A stretch of 35,364 nt of DNA from a virus (lineage: Duplodnaviria; Caudoviricetes). The notes below the pieces were generated by a model. That model worked only from the letters and a program-made list of their open reading frames with translations, did not search any database and had not been told where the DNA came from. Position numbers and translations under genes: made by a program. Shown in pieces: positions 1-9,125 of the stretch. The DNA is taken from IMG/VR virus record IMGVR_UViG_3300044983_000134, positions 1 to 35,364 of that record; one strand, given 5' to 3'. Position 1 is the first letter of the stretch; each line of letters opens with the position of its first letter.

Positions 1-235
1 CACGGGCGCGGTCCTCAGGGGCGCGGACCTCACGGGCGCGAACCTCACGGGCGCGAACCTCAGGGGCGCGAACCTCACGGGCGCGGTCCTCACGAACGCG
101 AACCTCACGGGCGCGGACCTCACGGGCGCGGTCCTCAGGGGCGCGGACCTCACGGGCGCGGTCCTCAGGGGCGCGGTCCTCACGAACGCGAACCTCACGG
201 GCGCGGTCCTCAGGGGCGCGGACCTCACGGGCGCG
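1..235 (+). repeat. 15-bp tandem coding repeat (GCG-RWC-CTC-ASG-RRC) encoding A(D/N/V)L(T/R)(G/N)
   Basis: Directly visible degenerate 15-nt period with no spacers. Confidence 0.95.
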
Positions 236-499
236 AAGAATCTCCGCCTTCCAACCGGCGAAACGTGGGAAGAATATCTCACGGAAACCGTGCCAGCGCT
301 GCTGACGGCCGGCGGGAAATCGCTGGAGAGCTTCGCGGAGCACTGGGACTGCCACACGTGGGACAACTGCCCGATGGCGCACGCCTTCGATGTGCAGCGA
401 CTCAACCAGGTGCCGCTCCTGCTGCGGCCACGCGCGGACCAGTTCATTCAGTTCTTCGACGCGAAGCAGATTCCGTGGCCGCTGCCGGTGAAGGCATGA
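2..499 (+). CDS. Pentapeptide-repeat protein, 3' part (5' part at 35074-35364), with a C-terminal non-repeat domain
   Basis: Frame starting at nt 2 reads [23 protein letters not shown]... and continues without a stop into ORF 290..499 ([16 protein letters not shown]...[16 protein letters not shown]...); ATGA overlap with the next gene. Confidence 0.9.
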   Translation, partial: TGAVLRGADLTGANLTGANLRGANLTGAVLTNANLTGADLTGAVLRGADLTGAVLRGAVLTNANLTGAVLRGADLTGAKNLRLPTGETWEEYLTETVPALLTAGGKSLESFAEHWDCHTWDNCPMAHAFDVQRLNQVPLLLRPRADQFIQFFDAKQIPWPLPVKA

Positions 500-693
500 G
501 CGCGCAGTCCGATAAAGCGAAGATTGCCTACGATGTCGCGCATCAAGTGAAGAAATGGGAGCCGATGACAGCTCATTTCGTTCGCAAAGTTGATGAAGGC
601 GTTATCGTGTTCTGTGGAAAAATCGCACCAGCTGACGCAGTGAAGGCCGAGCGATATTTACAACGTCTCATTAAGAAAGTTAGCTCATTCTAA
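496..693 (+). CDS. Hypothetical protein (65 aa, MSAQSDKAK...)
   Basis: ATG at 496 overlaps the upstream TGA (ATGA); TAATG coupling to the next gene. Confidence 0.7.
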   Translation: MSAQSDKAKIAYDVAHQVKKWEPMTAHFVRKVDEGVIVFCGKIAPADAVKAERYLQRLIKKVSSF

Positions 694-1082
694 TGGCCGA
701 AACCGAAAAGGCTGAAGCCATGCGTCTCCTGCGCGAGTGCCACGCGATGCTGCGGGCGATGAGCGCCCCGCACCCGACCAGCGCGCCAGCGGCGGATCTG
801 GATGGTCCGCACGGCGACCCGACGATTCGCGCCAAATCCCCGCGCGATTGGACGGGCGATGAGATGCTCGGCCGGCGCTTCTCCGAGTGCCCGCCAGATT
901 ACCTCGACCTGCTCGCGGCGCGGTTTGAGTTCTTCAACACGAAGGAGACCGACGAGAAGAAGCGGTCGTATAACACGCGCGACGCGGCGCGGGCCCGCGG
1001 ATGGGCGGCGCGGCTTCGGGCGGGATGGACGGCACCGAAGGCGGCGGGCGACTGGGCTCCGGAGGAACTTCCAAAGTGGTGA
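693..1082 (+). CDS. Hypothetical phage protein (129 aa)
   Basis: Coupled ORF in the plus-strand operon, normal composition. Confidence 0.75.
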   Translation: MAETEKAEAMRLLRECHAMLRAMSAPHPTSAPAADLDGPHGDPTIRAKSPRDWTGDEMLGRRFSECPPDYLDLLAARFEFFNTKETDEKKRSYNTRDAARARGWAARLRAGWTAPKAAGDWAPEELPKW

Positions 1083-1085
1083 GCC

Positions 1086-1304
1086 GTGGCTGACGCCCCA
1101 CGTGTCTCCTCCGCCATGACGCGCCCGTATCGCATTTGGGTGACGCCCATGCTGTTCAAGAAGAACGGCTTTCCGAGTATCGGCACATTCGGCGCAAGCG
1201 AGAACAACGTTGTGATCATGACGACCGAGACATGGAAGCGGCTCTGCGCGGATGTGCCGCAATTGCAGACGACGGAGTTTGAAGTTGGAGCGCAGCATGA
1301 CTGA
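1086..1304 (+). CDS. Hypothetical protein (72 aa)
   Basis: Fills the operon gap; GTG start; overlaps the next start. Confidence 0.65.
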   Translation: MADAPRVSSAMTRPYRIWVTPMLFKKNGFPSIGTFGASENNVVIMTTETWKRLCADVPQLQTTEFEVGAQHD

Positions 1305-1923
1305 GCCACACGATCATCAGTTTCCCGGCGAGGAAACACCAGAAGGCGTTGAGATCCTGCTGCCGTGTTTGATCTGTGGATTCAAACCCGCTGACGCGAT
1401 TGTGCAACTGTCGGCGCGGGTGGCGCAGTTAGAAGCCGACCTCGCGGCCATGACGTCGCTTGCGGAACATCGCCTGACGACGATCGATGAGTTCGACACC
1501 ACAGTCAGCAATCTCAAGAGCGACTTAGAGGCTGAGCGGGCCGACCTCGCCCGCGTGACCGCCGAGCGGGATGAAGCGGCACCGTGCAGGAACGGTCATG
1601 TCTGGTCCAACGACCGTGGCGACGACTGGACGCCAGAGAACGGCACGCCGTGCGACTGCCGGAAGAAGCATTGGGGTCAGCGCGGACGCGAAGTGCGTGA
1701 ACACGCGCCTGAGTTCGACAACCATCACAACGCGTTTACCTGTCCGTATTGTCGGGCCTCGCGCCCCTCGCAGGGAGAGCCGCCGCCGACAGAACGACAA
1801 CAGGTTCGGAACGGTTCACGGGAACATCTGGCGTTGATGGTGGAGGGCTGGACCACTGTGGAAACAGAAGGCAACACCGCAATTCTCTCGCGCCCCTCCT
1901 CGACAGAACGTAGAGAGCAGTGA
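1297..1923 (+). CDS. Mosaic accessory protein with coiled coil and Cys/His clusters (208 aa)
   Basis: GGAG upstream of ATG 1297; CxxC motifs (CLIC, CPYC) and heptad-like segment LSARVAQLEADL...ERDEA. Confidence 0.7.
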   Translation: MTEPHDHQFPGEETPEGVEILLPCLICGFKPADAIVQLSARVAQLEADLAAMTSLAEHRLTTIDEFDTTVSNLKSDLEAERADLARVTAERDEAAPCRNGHVWSNDRGDDWTPENGTPCDCRKKHWGQRGREVREHAPEFDNHHNAFTCPYCRASRPSQGEPPPTERQQVRNGSREHLALMVEGWTTVETEGNTAILSRPSSTERREQ

Positions 1924-1951
1924 AAAAGACTTTTGCGCGCGTGGACGGGGA

Positions 1952-2335
1952 GTGACGATGCCGAGGACAGGATCTACCGCGTCCGACCACGAGTTGAACT
2001 TCCGCTACTACGTTGAAGCATTTAAGGCAATAGACGCCGCCAATAAATCGCGGTTATGGTGGCGGCGCTACTTCTTGTTGCTTCGCTTCGCTGGCGCGTG
2101 CCTATTGATTGGCGGTCTGATTGACGCCATTCGCCTCGTCTACGCCAATGGGTCAACGCAGACATTTCTTTCCGATGTTGTCGCCTTTGTCATCGGTAAA
2201 TTCTTGTTCGAGCAGAACGACGCGAAAGTAAAGGGCGCCGACGCGGTAGATCCAGTCGCAGCGCATAGCGTAGAGCCGTCCACGCGCGACAAAACTTCGT
2301 CGTCTTCGGCGACAGACAAGGAGCCGACACCATGA
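1952..2335 (+). CDS. Small membrane protein (1-2 TM)
   Basis: Hydrophobic segments YFLLLRFAGACLLIGGLIDAI and FLSDVVAFVIGKFLF; ATGA overlap with the next gene; start may be ATG 1958. Confidence 0.65.
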   Translation: MTMPRTGSTASDHELNFRYYVEAFKAIDAANKSRLWWRRYFLLLRFAGACLLIGGLIDAIRLVYANGSTQTFLSDVVAFVIGKFLFEQNDAKVKGADAVDPVAAHSVEPSTRDKTSSSSATDKEPTP

Positions 2336-3120
2336 AGCAGCAGCAATTAACCGATGAGGCGCGACGAGCGGTTGACAGACTCCGCGACTTCGCCAGAGAG
2401 CACGGCATGTCGCATCATCAGCGAGATCCACTCGTGATGGACATTCACCGTGCGCTCGATGCGTTCGACTCGGCAGCGCGTGCGGCCTCTCTCCCCCAGG
2501 CCGAGCCGCGGACCCCCGAGATTGAGATACTGCTGCGAAAGGAATGGTGGTTCAACCACGCCTGCGAAAAGCCGAACCTCTACGGCGACGACGGGGAGAT
2601 GCAGTGCAACGTCTACCACGGCGTCGAAGGCTGCATGTCCTTCATCGACTTCAAGCGGATGCCGTTTGACGACCTTCACCGCGTCGTCGGCACACTCCGC
2701 ATGATCAGGACCGCGAAAGCTGTTGAGCAGCACCTTCGGGCCGAGCCGCCGACCGACCTGCGGACGCTGATTGAGACGCTGAAACGATATTCAGCCGCAG
2801 AGATCGCGCATGGTTCTCGGCTGACTGGCTTGTCCGTCGAGCCGTTCTGGATTCGTGCGGACGAACTTGAGGCGGCGGTGCGCGGAGCCGCGAGGCCGCA
2901 GACGGATGTTGTGAAGGCTCTAGCCGATAGCGCCAGCGTTGGGTATCTCGTTGATGGCGAGGTGGATCGCGTCGGCGTGCTACACATGACGCTCAACGTG
3001 ATCTTTCGCCGCGCCGGAGTCATCATGCCCGCGTGCGATGGCCCTGACTGCAAAGTCTGCCCGCAACTTGTGGGGGTGGCCGCGCTCCCGTCCTCCCCGA
3101 CGACAAAAGGTGAGAAGTGA
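2332..3120 (+). CDS. Mosaic hypothetical accessory protein (262 aa)
   Basis: AAGGAG SD, ATGA and GTGA couplings on both sides. Confidence 0.75.
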   Translation: MKQQQLTDEARRAVDRLRDFAREHGMSHHQRDPLVMDIHRALDAFDSAARAASLPQAEPRTPEIEILLRKEWWFNHACEKPNLYGDDGEMQCNVYHGVEGCMSFIDFKRMPFDDLHRVVGTLRMIRTAKAVEQHLRAEPPTDLRTLIETLKRYSAAEIAHGSRLTGLSVEPFWIRADELEAAVRGAARPQTDVVKALADSASVGYLVDGEVDRVGVLHMTLNVIFRRAGVIMPACDGPDCKVCPQLVGVAALPSSPTTKGEK

Positions 3121-3974
3121 CTACAAACGAAGACATCAAGGCGAATATCGACCGATGGACCATCCTGCGCGTGCCTGCCGGATCGAACCTGCACGGGCTG
3201 CATCTTCCCGGCAAGGATGACCGCGACGAAACAGGCGTGTGTATCGAGCCTATGGATGCTGCGGTTGGCTTCTCGGAGTTCGAGCAATACATCTATCGCA
3301 CGGCAACAGAGCGCACGGGCAAGAACGACGCGCCATCGCAACCCGGCGATCTGGACCTGACGATCTACGGACTGCGGAAGTTTCTCCGGCTGGCGATGCA
3401 GGGCAACCCGCAACTGATTCAGATGTTGTTCGTGCCGCCGGAGTTGAGCGTGTCGCGCACGTCGCTCGGCAGCGATCTGCAACGGCTCGCCCCGCTGATC
3501 ATCAGTCGGCAGGCAGGGAAGCGATACCTTGGCTATCTCGAAGCGCAGCGTCAGCGTCTTCTCGGTGAACGCGGTCAGAAGAAAGTCAATCGTCCCGAGC
3601 TCGAAGAACGGCACGGCTTCGACACGAAGTATGCGATGCACATCCTGCGGCTCGGCTTTCAGGGTGTCGAGTTAATGAGCACGGGCAAGTTGACGCTGCC
3701 GATGCCCGAGAAGGATCGCGCCTTCGTCTACGCCACCCGATTGGGCGAAGTGCCGATTCAAGATGCGCTCACGAAAGCTGGAGAATTGGAACGGCAGATC
3801 AAGGACATGCTGCACGACGCGCCTATTCCAGAAGAACCGGCCCGCGAAGAAATCGAAGCATGGATGATCGATCGCTACTTCGAGATGTGGAAGTCGCAGC
3901 GCGTGCAACTTGAGCTTCACGATCCATCGCGGTCTATCGTTCTTGCCGGGGACACGGGGAAGGCGCAGCCGTAG
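3117..3974 (+). CDS. Pol-beta superfamily nucleotidyltransferase, RlaP/YcgL-like
   Basis: GSNLHGL...DDRDETGV (GS...DxD catalytic motif), LRKFLRLAMQGNP and FDTKYAMHILRL motifs typical of this family. Confidence 0.85.
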   Translation: MTTNEDIKANIDRWTILRVPAGSNLHGLHLPGKDDRDETGVCIEPMDAAVGFSEFEQYIYRTATERTGKNDAPSQPGDLDLTIYGLRKFLRLAMQGNPQLIQMLFVPPELSVSRTSLGSDLQRLAPLIISRQAGKRYLGYLEAQRQRLLGERGQKKVNRPELEERHGFDTKYAMHILRLGFQGVELMSTGKLTLPMPEKDRAFVYATRLGEVPIQDALTKAGELERQIKDMLHDAPIPEEPAREEIEAWMIDRYFEMWKSQRVQLELHDPSRSIVLAGDTGKAQP

Positions 3975-3978
3975 AGGG

Positions 3979-4572
3979 CTACTTCACTGCCAGTGCCGCA
4001 CTGATACTCTGCGCCTGCTCCGGCTTCAACAGCCCGAGCTGCGCCGCCTGCGCGATGACCTGCGCGATGGCGTCAGAATCCAGGTCCACCGAAGTATCCG
4101 CCTTGAATAACTCGCGCCCGTAGACCAGTACGGGATCGTCGGACTTAAACCACGCCGCCACGAGTTCAGGCCCGAGCAACGTCAGGAGCGCCGTCTTGCT
4201 CACGCGCTTCACTGGCACGGCTTCCACCGTGAACGTATCCTTCACTTCGTCGTAGCGCAGGCGCGTTTTCCCCGTCGTGTCCAGCCGCGCGTCCTTCCGA
4301 GCCGTGACATTCACGAACACCTGCCGGCGCAGCGGCAGCGCGCAATCCGCATGGGCGGCGGTGAATACCGCCGTGGCTTCCTCGCGGATCGTCGGCCCTT
4401 CAACCGTCACCGTGCGCCCGTCCTGGTAAACGTGATGGCAGATCACGCCCACGCCGTCACAGTCGCAGAACAGCACCGCGACCGGCGGCACGTCCGCGCC
4501 CGTCGAGAACGGATGATCCGGCGCGGGCTGGTGGAACGCAATCCCGTCGTGGCCGATTTCCAGAAACCGCAT
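3979..4572 (-). CDS. Putative tail-fibre-associated/chaperone protein
   Basis: Last gene of the structural operon; C-terminal ...VDLDSDAIAQVIAQAAQLGLLKPEQAQSI resembles small proteins that follow tail fibres. Confidence 0.5.
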   Translation of the reverse strand: MRFLEIGHDGIAFHQPAPDHPFSTGADVPPVAVLFCDCDGVGVICHHVYQDGRTVTVEGPTIREEATAVFTAAHADCALPLRRQVFVNVTARKDARLDTTGKTRLRYDEVKDTFTVEAVPVKRVSKTALLTLLGPELVAAWFKSDDPVLVYGRELFKADTSVDLDSDAIAQVIAQAAQLGLLKPEQAQSISAALAVK

Positions 4573-5141
4573 CAGGTCAACTCCATCGCTTGATAGCCGC
4601 TCGTTGAGTTTGCGCCGCCGTTCGACGTGCCCGTAATCGTCGTCGCATTGGTCTGGACGATCCGCGCCACGTCCGTGATGTTCGTATTTGCGCCCACGGT
4701 GGTATTTCCGAGGAAATCCAACTCCGTGAACGTGAGGTTCACGCTCGTGATGGTCGCCGTGCCCGCGCCCGTCACGGTGCCGCGCTGCACTGACCGCAGC
4801 ACGCCGGGATAATAGGCCGTGACCTCATACGACGACGTGCTGTCAACCCCCGCGGCGCCGCTCAGCGTGGCCGTCACGGTTGTCGCGTTCGTGAACGAGA
4901 CCCGTGTCATCATCGCGGACTCGAGCACGCCGCCGCCGCTCAGGGAATAGCCGAGCGAGCGCAGACGGCTGTTGGCCGTATCCACGCTGGCGATCGTCGC
5001 GGTATTCGAGGTCGCGCCCGTGGCGACGAGAATCGTGCCGCGCTGCACGGCTCGCACTGTCCGCAGCGCGAACTGTTGCGAGAGGAGCGCGGTCTGGAGG
5101 CGCCCCGAGAGCGGTCGCGCGTAGTGCGGGCGCAGACTCAC
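4572..5141 (-). CDS. Thr-rich beta-strand tail-tip protein with an internally duplicated 'VQRGT' domain (189 aa)
   Basis: GTG 5141 overlaps the upstream TGA; two copies VRAVQRGTI..TATIASVD / LRSVQRGTV..TATITSVN. Confidence 0.65.
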   Translation of the reverse strand: MSLRPHYARPLSGRLQTALLSQQFALRTVRAVQRGTILVATGATSNTATIASVDTANSRLRSLGYSLSGGGVLESAMMTRVSFTNATTVTATLSGAAGVDSTSSYEVTAYYPGVLRSVQRGTVTGAGTATITSVNLTFTELDFLGNTTVGANTNITDVARIVQTNATTITGTSNGGANSTSGYQAMELT

Positions 5142-5512
5142 ACGGTGACCCGCATCGCGTAGCCGCCGACCGTGATCACGTTCGCCGTCGCGCAAAACGC
5201 CCGCACGTTGACACCAGACGCGCCATCTCCCGCGAGGAGATCGCCGTCGACCACGATCATCAGGCCCGACTTCGGCGGCACCGTCACCGTGATGAGGTCG
5301 TCCGGCGACGTCGTGCCGCCGAACTCGATGACGAGATCGCGGTTCACGGTATCGCTGTTCATCGCCGTGAGAAAGATCCGGTCGTATTGCACCGTGACCG
5401 GACCGACGCCCGTCGTGTGGAGCAGCGTGCCAGGCGTCGCCGTCGCGGCGACCTTGATGCGGCGCCCCTGCGTTGACCCGGAGAGCTTGACTTGTGTCGT
5501 GGCGTTGGCCAT
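5138..5512 (-). CDS. Small beta-rich virion (tail-tip) protein
   Basis: AGGAG SD; KLSGSTQGRRIKVAATATPGT-type N-terminus as seen in phage tail modules. Confidence 0.65.
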   Translation of the reverse strand: MANATTQVKLSGSTQGRRIKVAATATPGTLLHTTGVGPVTVQYDRIFLTAMNSDTVNRDLVIEFGGTTSPDDLITVTVPPKSGLMIVVDGDLLAGDGASGVNVRAFCATANVITVGGYAMRVTV

Positions 5513-5524
5513 ATCGCTCCTGCC

Positions 5525-5878
5525 CTACCCGACGAGGGCCTCAATCTGAATCAAATCGAACCCGCCGCCACCGCCTGAACCTCCGCCACCGCCGACCGTG
5601 ACATTATCGACGGGGTAGTCCGGCAGCGCCGCGCCGGAGGAGTCGCGGAACGTGATCTTGTAGGTCAACGATACGTCGAGAAACATCGCGGGGAACCGGC
5701 CCGTGCTGTCGGCCGTGACGACACCCGCCGTGCTGATGACCGCCCCGCTGCTGTCGTAGATCGTCGAGGCCGTCGAAGTGCCCGCCAGTTGCACGAGCAC
5801 GCTGCCGGAGGGCACGAGCTCGCCGGAGGCGTCCAGCGGCGTCTGAATCGGCTGATAGAGCAGGCCCAGCGTCGGCAT
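5525..5878 (-). CDS. Tailspike head-binding/adaptor-like domain with Gly linker and short C-terminal peptide
   Basis: LDASGELVPSGSVLVQLAGTST..TIY..VVTADSTGRFPAMFL..TYKITFRDSSG..VDNV matches the particle-binding N-domain pattern of podophage spikes. Confidence 0.65.
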   Translation of the reverse strand: MPTLGLLYQPIQTPLDASGELVPSGSVLVQLAGTSTASTIYDSSGAVISTAGVVTADSTGRFPAMFLDVSLTYKITFRDSSGAALPDYPVDNVTVGGGGGSGGGGGFDLIQIEALVG

Positions 5879-6721
5879 CTAGTTCCCCCACCGTCCGGTC
5901 GCGTTCCGAGCGGCGACGCGGGCGGAGACCGTGGCATCCGACGGTGTGCCGAGTTTCGCGGCGAGCGCCGTGGCGGCCTTCGGGTCGAGCCCAGGCCGCT
6001 GCTCGAGCACGCGCAGGACGGCTTCTTCGGCGGTCTTGCCGAATTTCATCATGGACGCCGCGTTGTTGACTTCGGCAGGACCTGGCGTGACCTTGAGCTG
6101 CTTGAACAGCCCGCGCACGTCGTTCATCGCCTGTCCGTGGTTGAACGCGGCGGACGGTGCCGCCGCAGCCGTGGCGGCTGGCGGCGCGACCGGCACAGGA
6201 CCGCTGCTGGCGGCTGGTACGGCAACCTCTGCGGCGGCAGGGCTGGCGGCTCCGGCGGTCGTCGCGGCCTCACCAGCGGCCGCAGGGGCGGCGTTGCCGG
6301 TCTTGTAGCCAGATACCGCGATCGCCGTGGCCATCGCCAACGACGGCGGGATACCGAGGTGCTCCAGCGCGGAACGCGTGATCTCGTATTTCACGAGCGG
6401 ATGCGCCTGCCCGAGCGCGGATTTCATCGTCGCGCCGATACGCTTGCCGACCGTGAGCCCCGCCTGCGTGGCGGTCTTCATGACCGGCAGCGCCATCGCG
6501 GCGACCATCTCCGGCGGCATGCCGAGCACTTGGTTGTCCACGCGGCCGTGCTCGCCCTGCGGATGCTGCGTTTTCTGGTAGTCGAAGAACGCCTGATGTT
6601 CCTGCGGCGTCATCTTGACGGCGAGCGTGTGCGCCTGCGCCTGTGAGGCCGGATCGTCCGACATCTGAAGCGCGTGCAGCGCGGCGTAGTCCTCGGTCGT
6701 GAGCGGCGGATGATCGGCCAT
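5879..6721 (-). CDS. Ala-rich protein, probable ejection (internal virion) protein
   Basis: Position after the ejection genes; TGATG coupling. Confidence 0.5.
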   Translation of the reverse strand: MADHPPLTTEDYAALHALQMSDDPASQAQAHTLAVKMTPQEHQAFFDYQKTQHPQGEHGRVDNQVLGMPPEMVAAMALPVMKTATQAGLTVGKRIGATMKSALGQAHPLVKYEITRSALEHLGIPPSLAMATAIAVSGYKTGNAAPAAAGEAATTAGAASPAAAEVAVPAASSGPVPVAPPAATAAAAPSAAFNHGQAMNDVRGLFKQLKVTPGPAEVNNAASMMKFGKTAEEAVLRVLEQRPGLDPKAATALAAKLGTPSDATVSARVAARNATGRWGN

Positions 6722-8349
6722 CAGCGTGCCGCCAATCCTTGCAGGCCTGGGGTGAGCTTGGGTTGGGGCGGAGGTTCGGCGGGCTTCACCGCGCTCGTCC
6801 CTTCCATGTAGGTGCCGCGCGTCAGCGCCTTCCGGCGATAGCCGATGAGCGCGTCGATCTCGCCCAGCGCGGCCGCGAGGGCCGGCACGCTGTCGGAGGC
6901 GCTAATCAATTCGATCGCCTGCTTCAGCTTCGCATCGGACGTAGCACTCCCTGACCCGCCGCCGCTGAGAATCTTCGCCACCTCGTCACCGACGAGCAAC
7001 GCATCCGTCTTCAGCTTCTTCAGGTCCACGCTATTGAACTGGTTCGCCGCCGCGTTCTGGAGCGCGTTCCACGACCGGAAACTGCCGCGCCCGAGTTTGT
7101 TCGCGGCATCCAAGAGCCGCGGCATCGACTCCTGCACGCTGTCCATGTAGCGCACGGTGTTCTGGAAGCCGGGGGACTTCACGAGGTTGTAGTTGGACGA
7201 GGCTTCCTCGAAATTGAAATCCGGCTGCAGCTTCTTCGCCTCGGACGTCACAGCCAGCTTAAACGCGAGGCCTTCCTTCCCGCGCGTCGAGAACAGCGAC
7301 GCGAGTTGCTCCGGTGCGATGCGATGCGCGACGAGATCCTCAGCCACGGAGGCCGCCTGCGCGGGCGTGGGCATCGCGTCCAGTTGCGCCTTCGCCATCA
7401 GTTCCGCGAGATTCTTCTGAGCGAGGGCGGCCGCGCGGAGCGCGGGATCAGCTTTCGACTCCGCGTATTTCCCGAGCGCGCCGACCTGCTGCTCCGGCGT
7501 GAGCGAGACCCAGTCGGTTTTTCCGAGCGTCTTCGGATACGACTGCTTGAACGTCTGGAACTCGTCGAGCGCCTTCTGGCCGCCCGTGAACAACACGGCG
7601 TGCGACACCGGATCGATGACCGTGGACCCTTCCGGCACGACGAGCGGCTTGACGCCGCCCTCGGCGATGACTTCGTGCGTGGCCGGGATGATGACCTTCT
7701 CGTTTTCACCGACCTTGACGGGCTTGCGCAATTCTTCCTGCTGTTTCAGCCACGCGGGCGAGTGCTGGAGAAACGTCTCGCGCACGGATTTCCAGCCATC
7801 CGGCCCTGCCTGCTGCGCCTGGTCGAGCACGCCGTTGGCGGTCGTCTCGTCCAGTTGCCCATGCGCGGCGAGATAGCCGACGGACGCGAGGAATTTCTCC
7901 GGCGTGTCGGCGTGAAACGCGGCGTCGCCTACCGTGGCGAGCGTATGCGCCTGCAAGTCCTGCACGGCTTTCGCCGCATCGCGCTTCATCTTGTCGAGCG
8001 TGGACAGGCTCTCCGCGTTCTTGACCGCCGTCGAGGTGTAGGCTTCGGCGTAGTCGGGAAATCCCGCCTGTCCGAGTCGCTTCGCAATCGTCGCGTGATC
8101 GGGCGCGCCATCCGATCCGACCGGAGTCGTCTTAAGAATCCCCGTCAACGCCTCACGCGCCTGCGCTTGCCGACGCAACTCCAGCCGCTTCGGGTCGGTG
8201 GCGACCGCAATCGTCTGCTGCGCCGTCTGCCCGATGTCACGCAGCGCCCCGCCGTAGACCGCGCCGAGCGCTTCGGTGGAGCGCGCACGATCTGCGCCCT
8301 GCTGCTGAATCAGCCCCGCGATGGTGCGTGCGATTTCGCCCGTGCTCAT
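6721..8349 (-). CDS. Probable DNA ejection protein (P22 gp20/gp16 position)
   Basis: 542 aa helical Ala/Gln-rich protein following the gp7-like genes. Confidence 0.6.
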   Translation of the reverse strand: MSTGEIARTIAGLIQQQGADRARSTEALGAVYGGALRDIGQTAQQTIAVATDPKRLELRRQAQAREALTGILKTTPVGSDGAPDHATIAKRLGQAGFPDYAEAYTSTAVKNAESLSTLDKMKRDAAKAVQDLQAHTLATVGDAAFHADTPEKFLASVGYLAAHGQLDETTANGVLDQAQQAGPDGWKSVRETFLQHSPAWLKQQEELRKPVKVGENEKVIIPATHEVIAEGGVKPLVVPEGSTVIDPVSHAVLFTGGQKALDEFQTFKQSYPKTLGKTDWVSLTPEQQVGALGKYAESKADPALRAAALAQKNLAELMAKAQLDAMPTPAQAASVAEDLVAHRIAPEQLASLFSTRGKEGLAFKLAVTSEAKKLQPDFNFEEASSNYNLVKSPGFQNTVRYMDSVQESMPRLLDAANKLGRGSFRSWNALQNAAANQFNSVDLKKLKTDALLVGDEVAKILSGGGSGSATSDAKLKQAIELISASDSVPALAAALGEIDALIGYRRKALTRGTYMEGTSAVKPAEPPPQPKLTPGLQGLAAR

Positions 8350-9125
8350 GCGGCGGCCGACGCCGCGCCCGTGCGCGACAGGTCCATGAGGCGGTTCCAG
8401 TAATCGGTCTGCGCCGTCTGGTTCGCGTTGAAGTTCGTCGTGTAGGCGTCCTTCGTGTTGCCGATGGTCGTCTGCGCGGCGGTCTTGTTCTTCGTGTCGG
8501 CGGCGTCGGCCGCCGCGGCGTTGCCGGTGAACACGTTGTATTTCGCGCCGTAGGTCGCGAGCGCGTTCTGAAACGTCTGATTCGCGCGACCGAAGACGTT
8601 GTTCGTCTGCGATCCCGCGTAGTCCTGCACGTCGCGCCCGAGCGCGGCGGTCGTCTGCGCGTTGAGGACGGTGCCCTTCGCGGCGGCGGAGTTCTGCTGC
8701 GCGCGGATGGCGCGCTGCTCACCGTATTGCACGAAGGGATCGTTCGCGACGTCTGACACCGTGATGCCCTTAAACTCCGGCGCGGCCTCGGTGAACTGCG
8801 GCGCGACATACTGCTGGCGGAGAATCGAGGATGCGGCGGCATCCGGCGCATACGTCGCAGGCGCGGCGCCGAACGCCGTGCCGCTGGCGGGCGTGCCGTT
8901 CACGTTCCCGAACTGCACGAGGTTGCCGTAGCCGTTCGGCGCGGCGACGTTCGCGTCGATTTCCTGCTGGAAGTTCGGCGTGCCGTTCACGTAGGCGGCG
9001 AGTTCCGCGTCGGTTGGCGGGCGGCCAACTTTCTGCGTGAAATAGGCCGTGACCGCCGCCGGATCGTTGCCCCCCTGTGGGAGACTCTGTTGGCCGCCGG
9101 TCAGTTCGCCCCAGAAGTCGCCCAT
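8346..9125 (-). CDS. DNA transfer protein, gp7-like C-terminal half
   Basis: DPFVQYGEQRAIRAQQNSAAAKGTVLNAQTTAALGRDVQDYA resembles the 'DPGYQF..SAAARGGL.SG..L..YGQ.YA' motif of gp7-like ejection proteins. Confidence 0.7.
   Translation of the reverse strand: MGDFWGELTGGQQSLPQGGNDPAAVTAYFTQKVGRPPTDAELAAYVNGTPNFQQEIDANVAAPNGYGNLVQFGNVNGTPASGTAFGAAPATYAPDAAASSILRQQYVAPQFTEAAPEFKGITVSDVANDPFVQYGEQRAIRAQQNSAAAKGTVLNAQTTAALGRDVQDYAGSQTNNVFGRANQTFQNALATYGAKYNVFTGNAAAADAADTKNKTAAQTTIGNTKDAYTTNFNANQTAQTDYWNRLMDLSRTGAASAAA

Noticed and set aside
1-235. 15-bp repeats at both window ends as a CRISPR array or terminal repeats
   Set aside because: No unique spacers; the period is in-frame and encodes pentapeptide repeats
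265-495. Upstream extension of ORF 265..693, and similar long starts for 11990..13327, 9579..10301, 24522..25166, 27829..29202 and 31739..32629
   Set aside because: Extensions overlap real upstream genes; SD motifs and ATGA/GTGA couplings support the shorter starts used here
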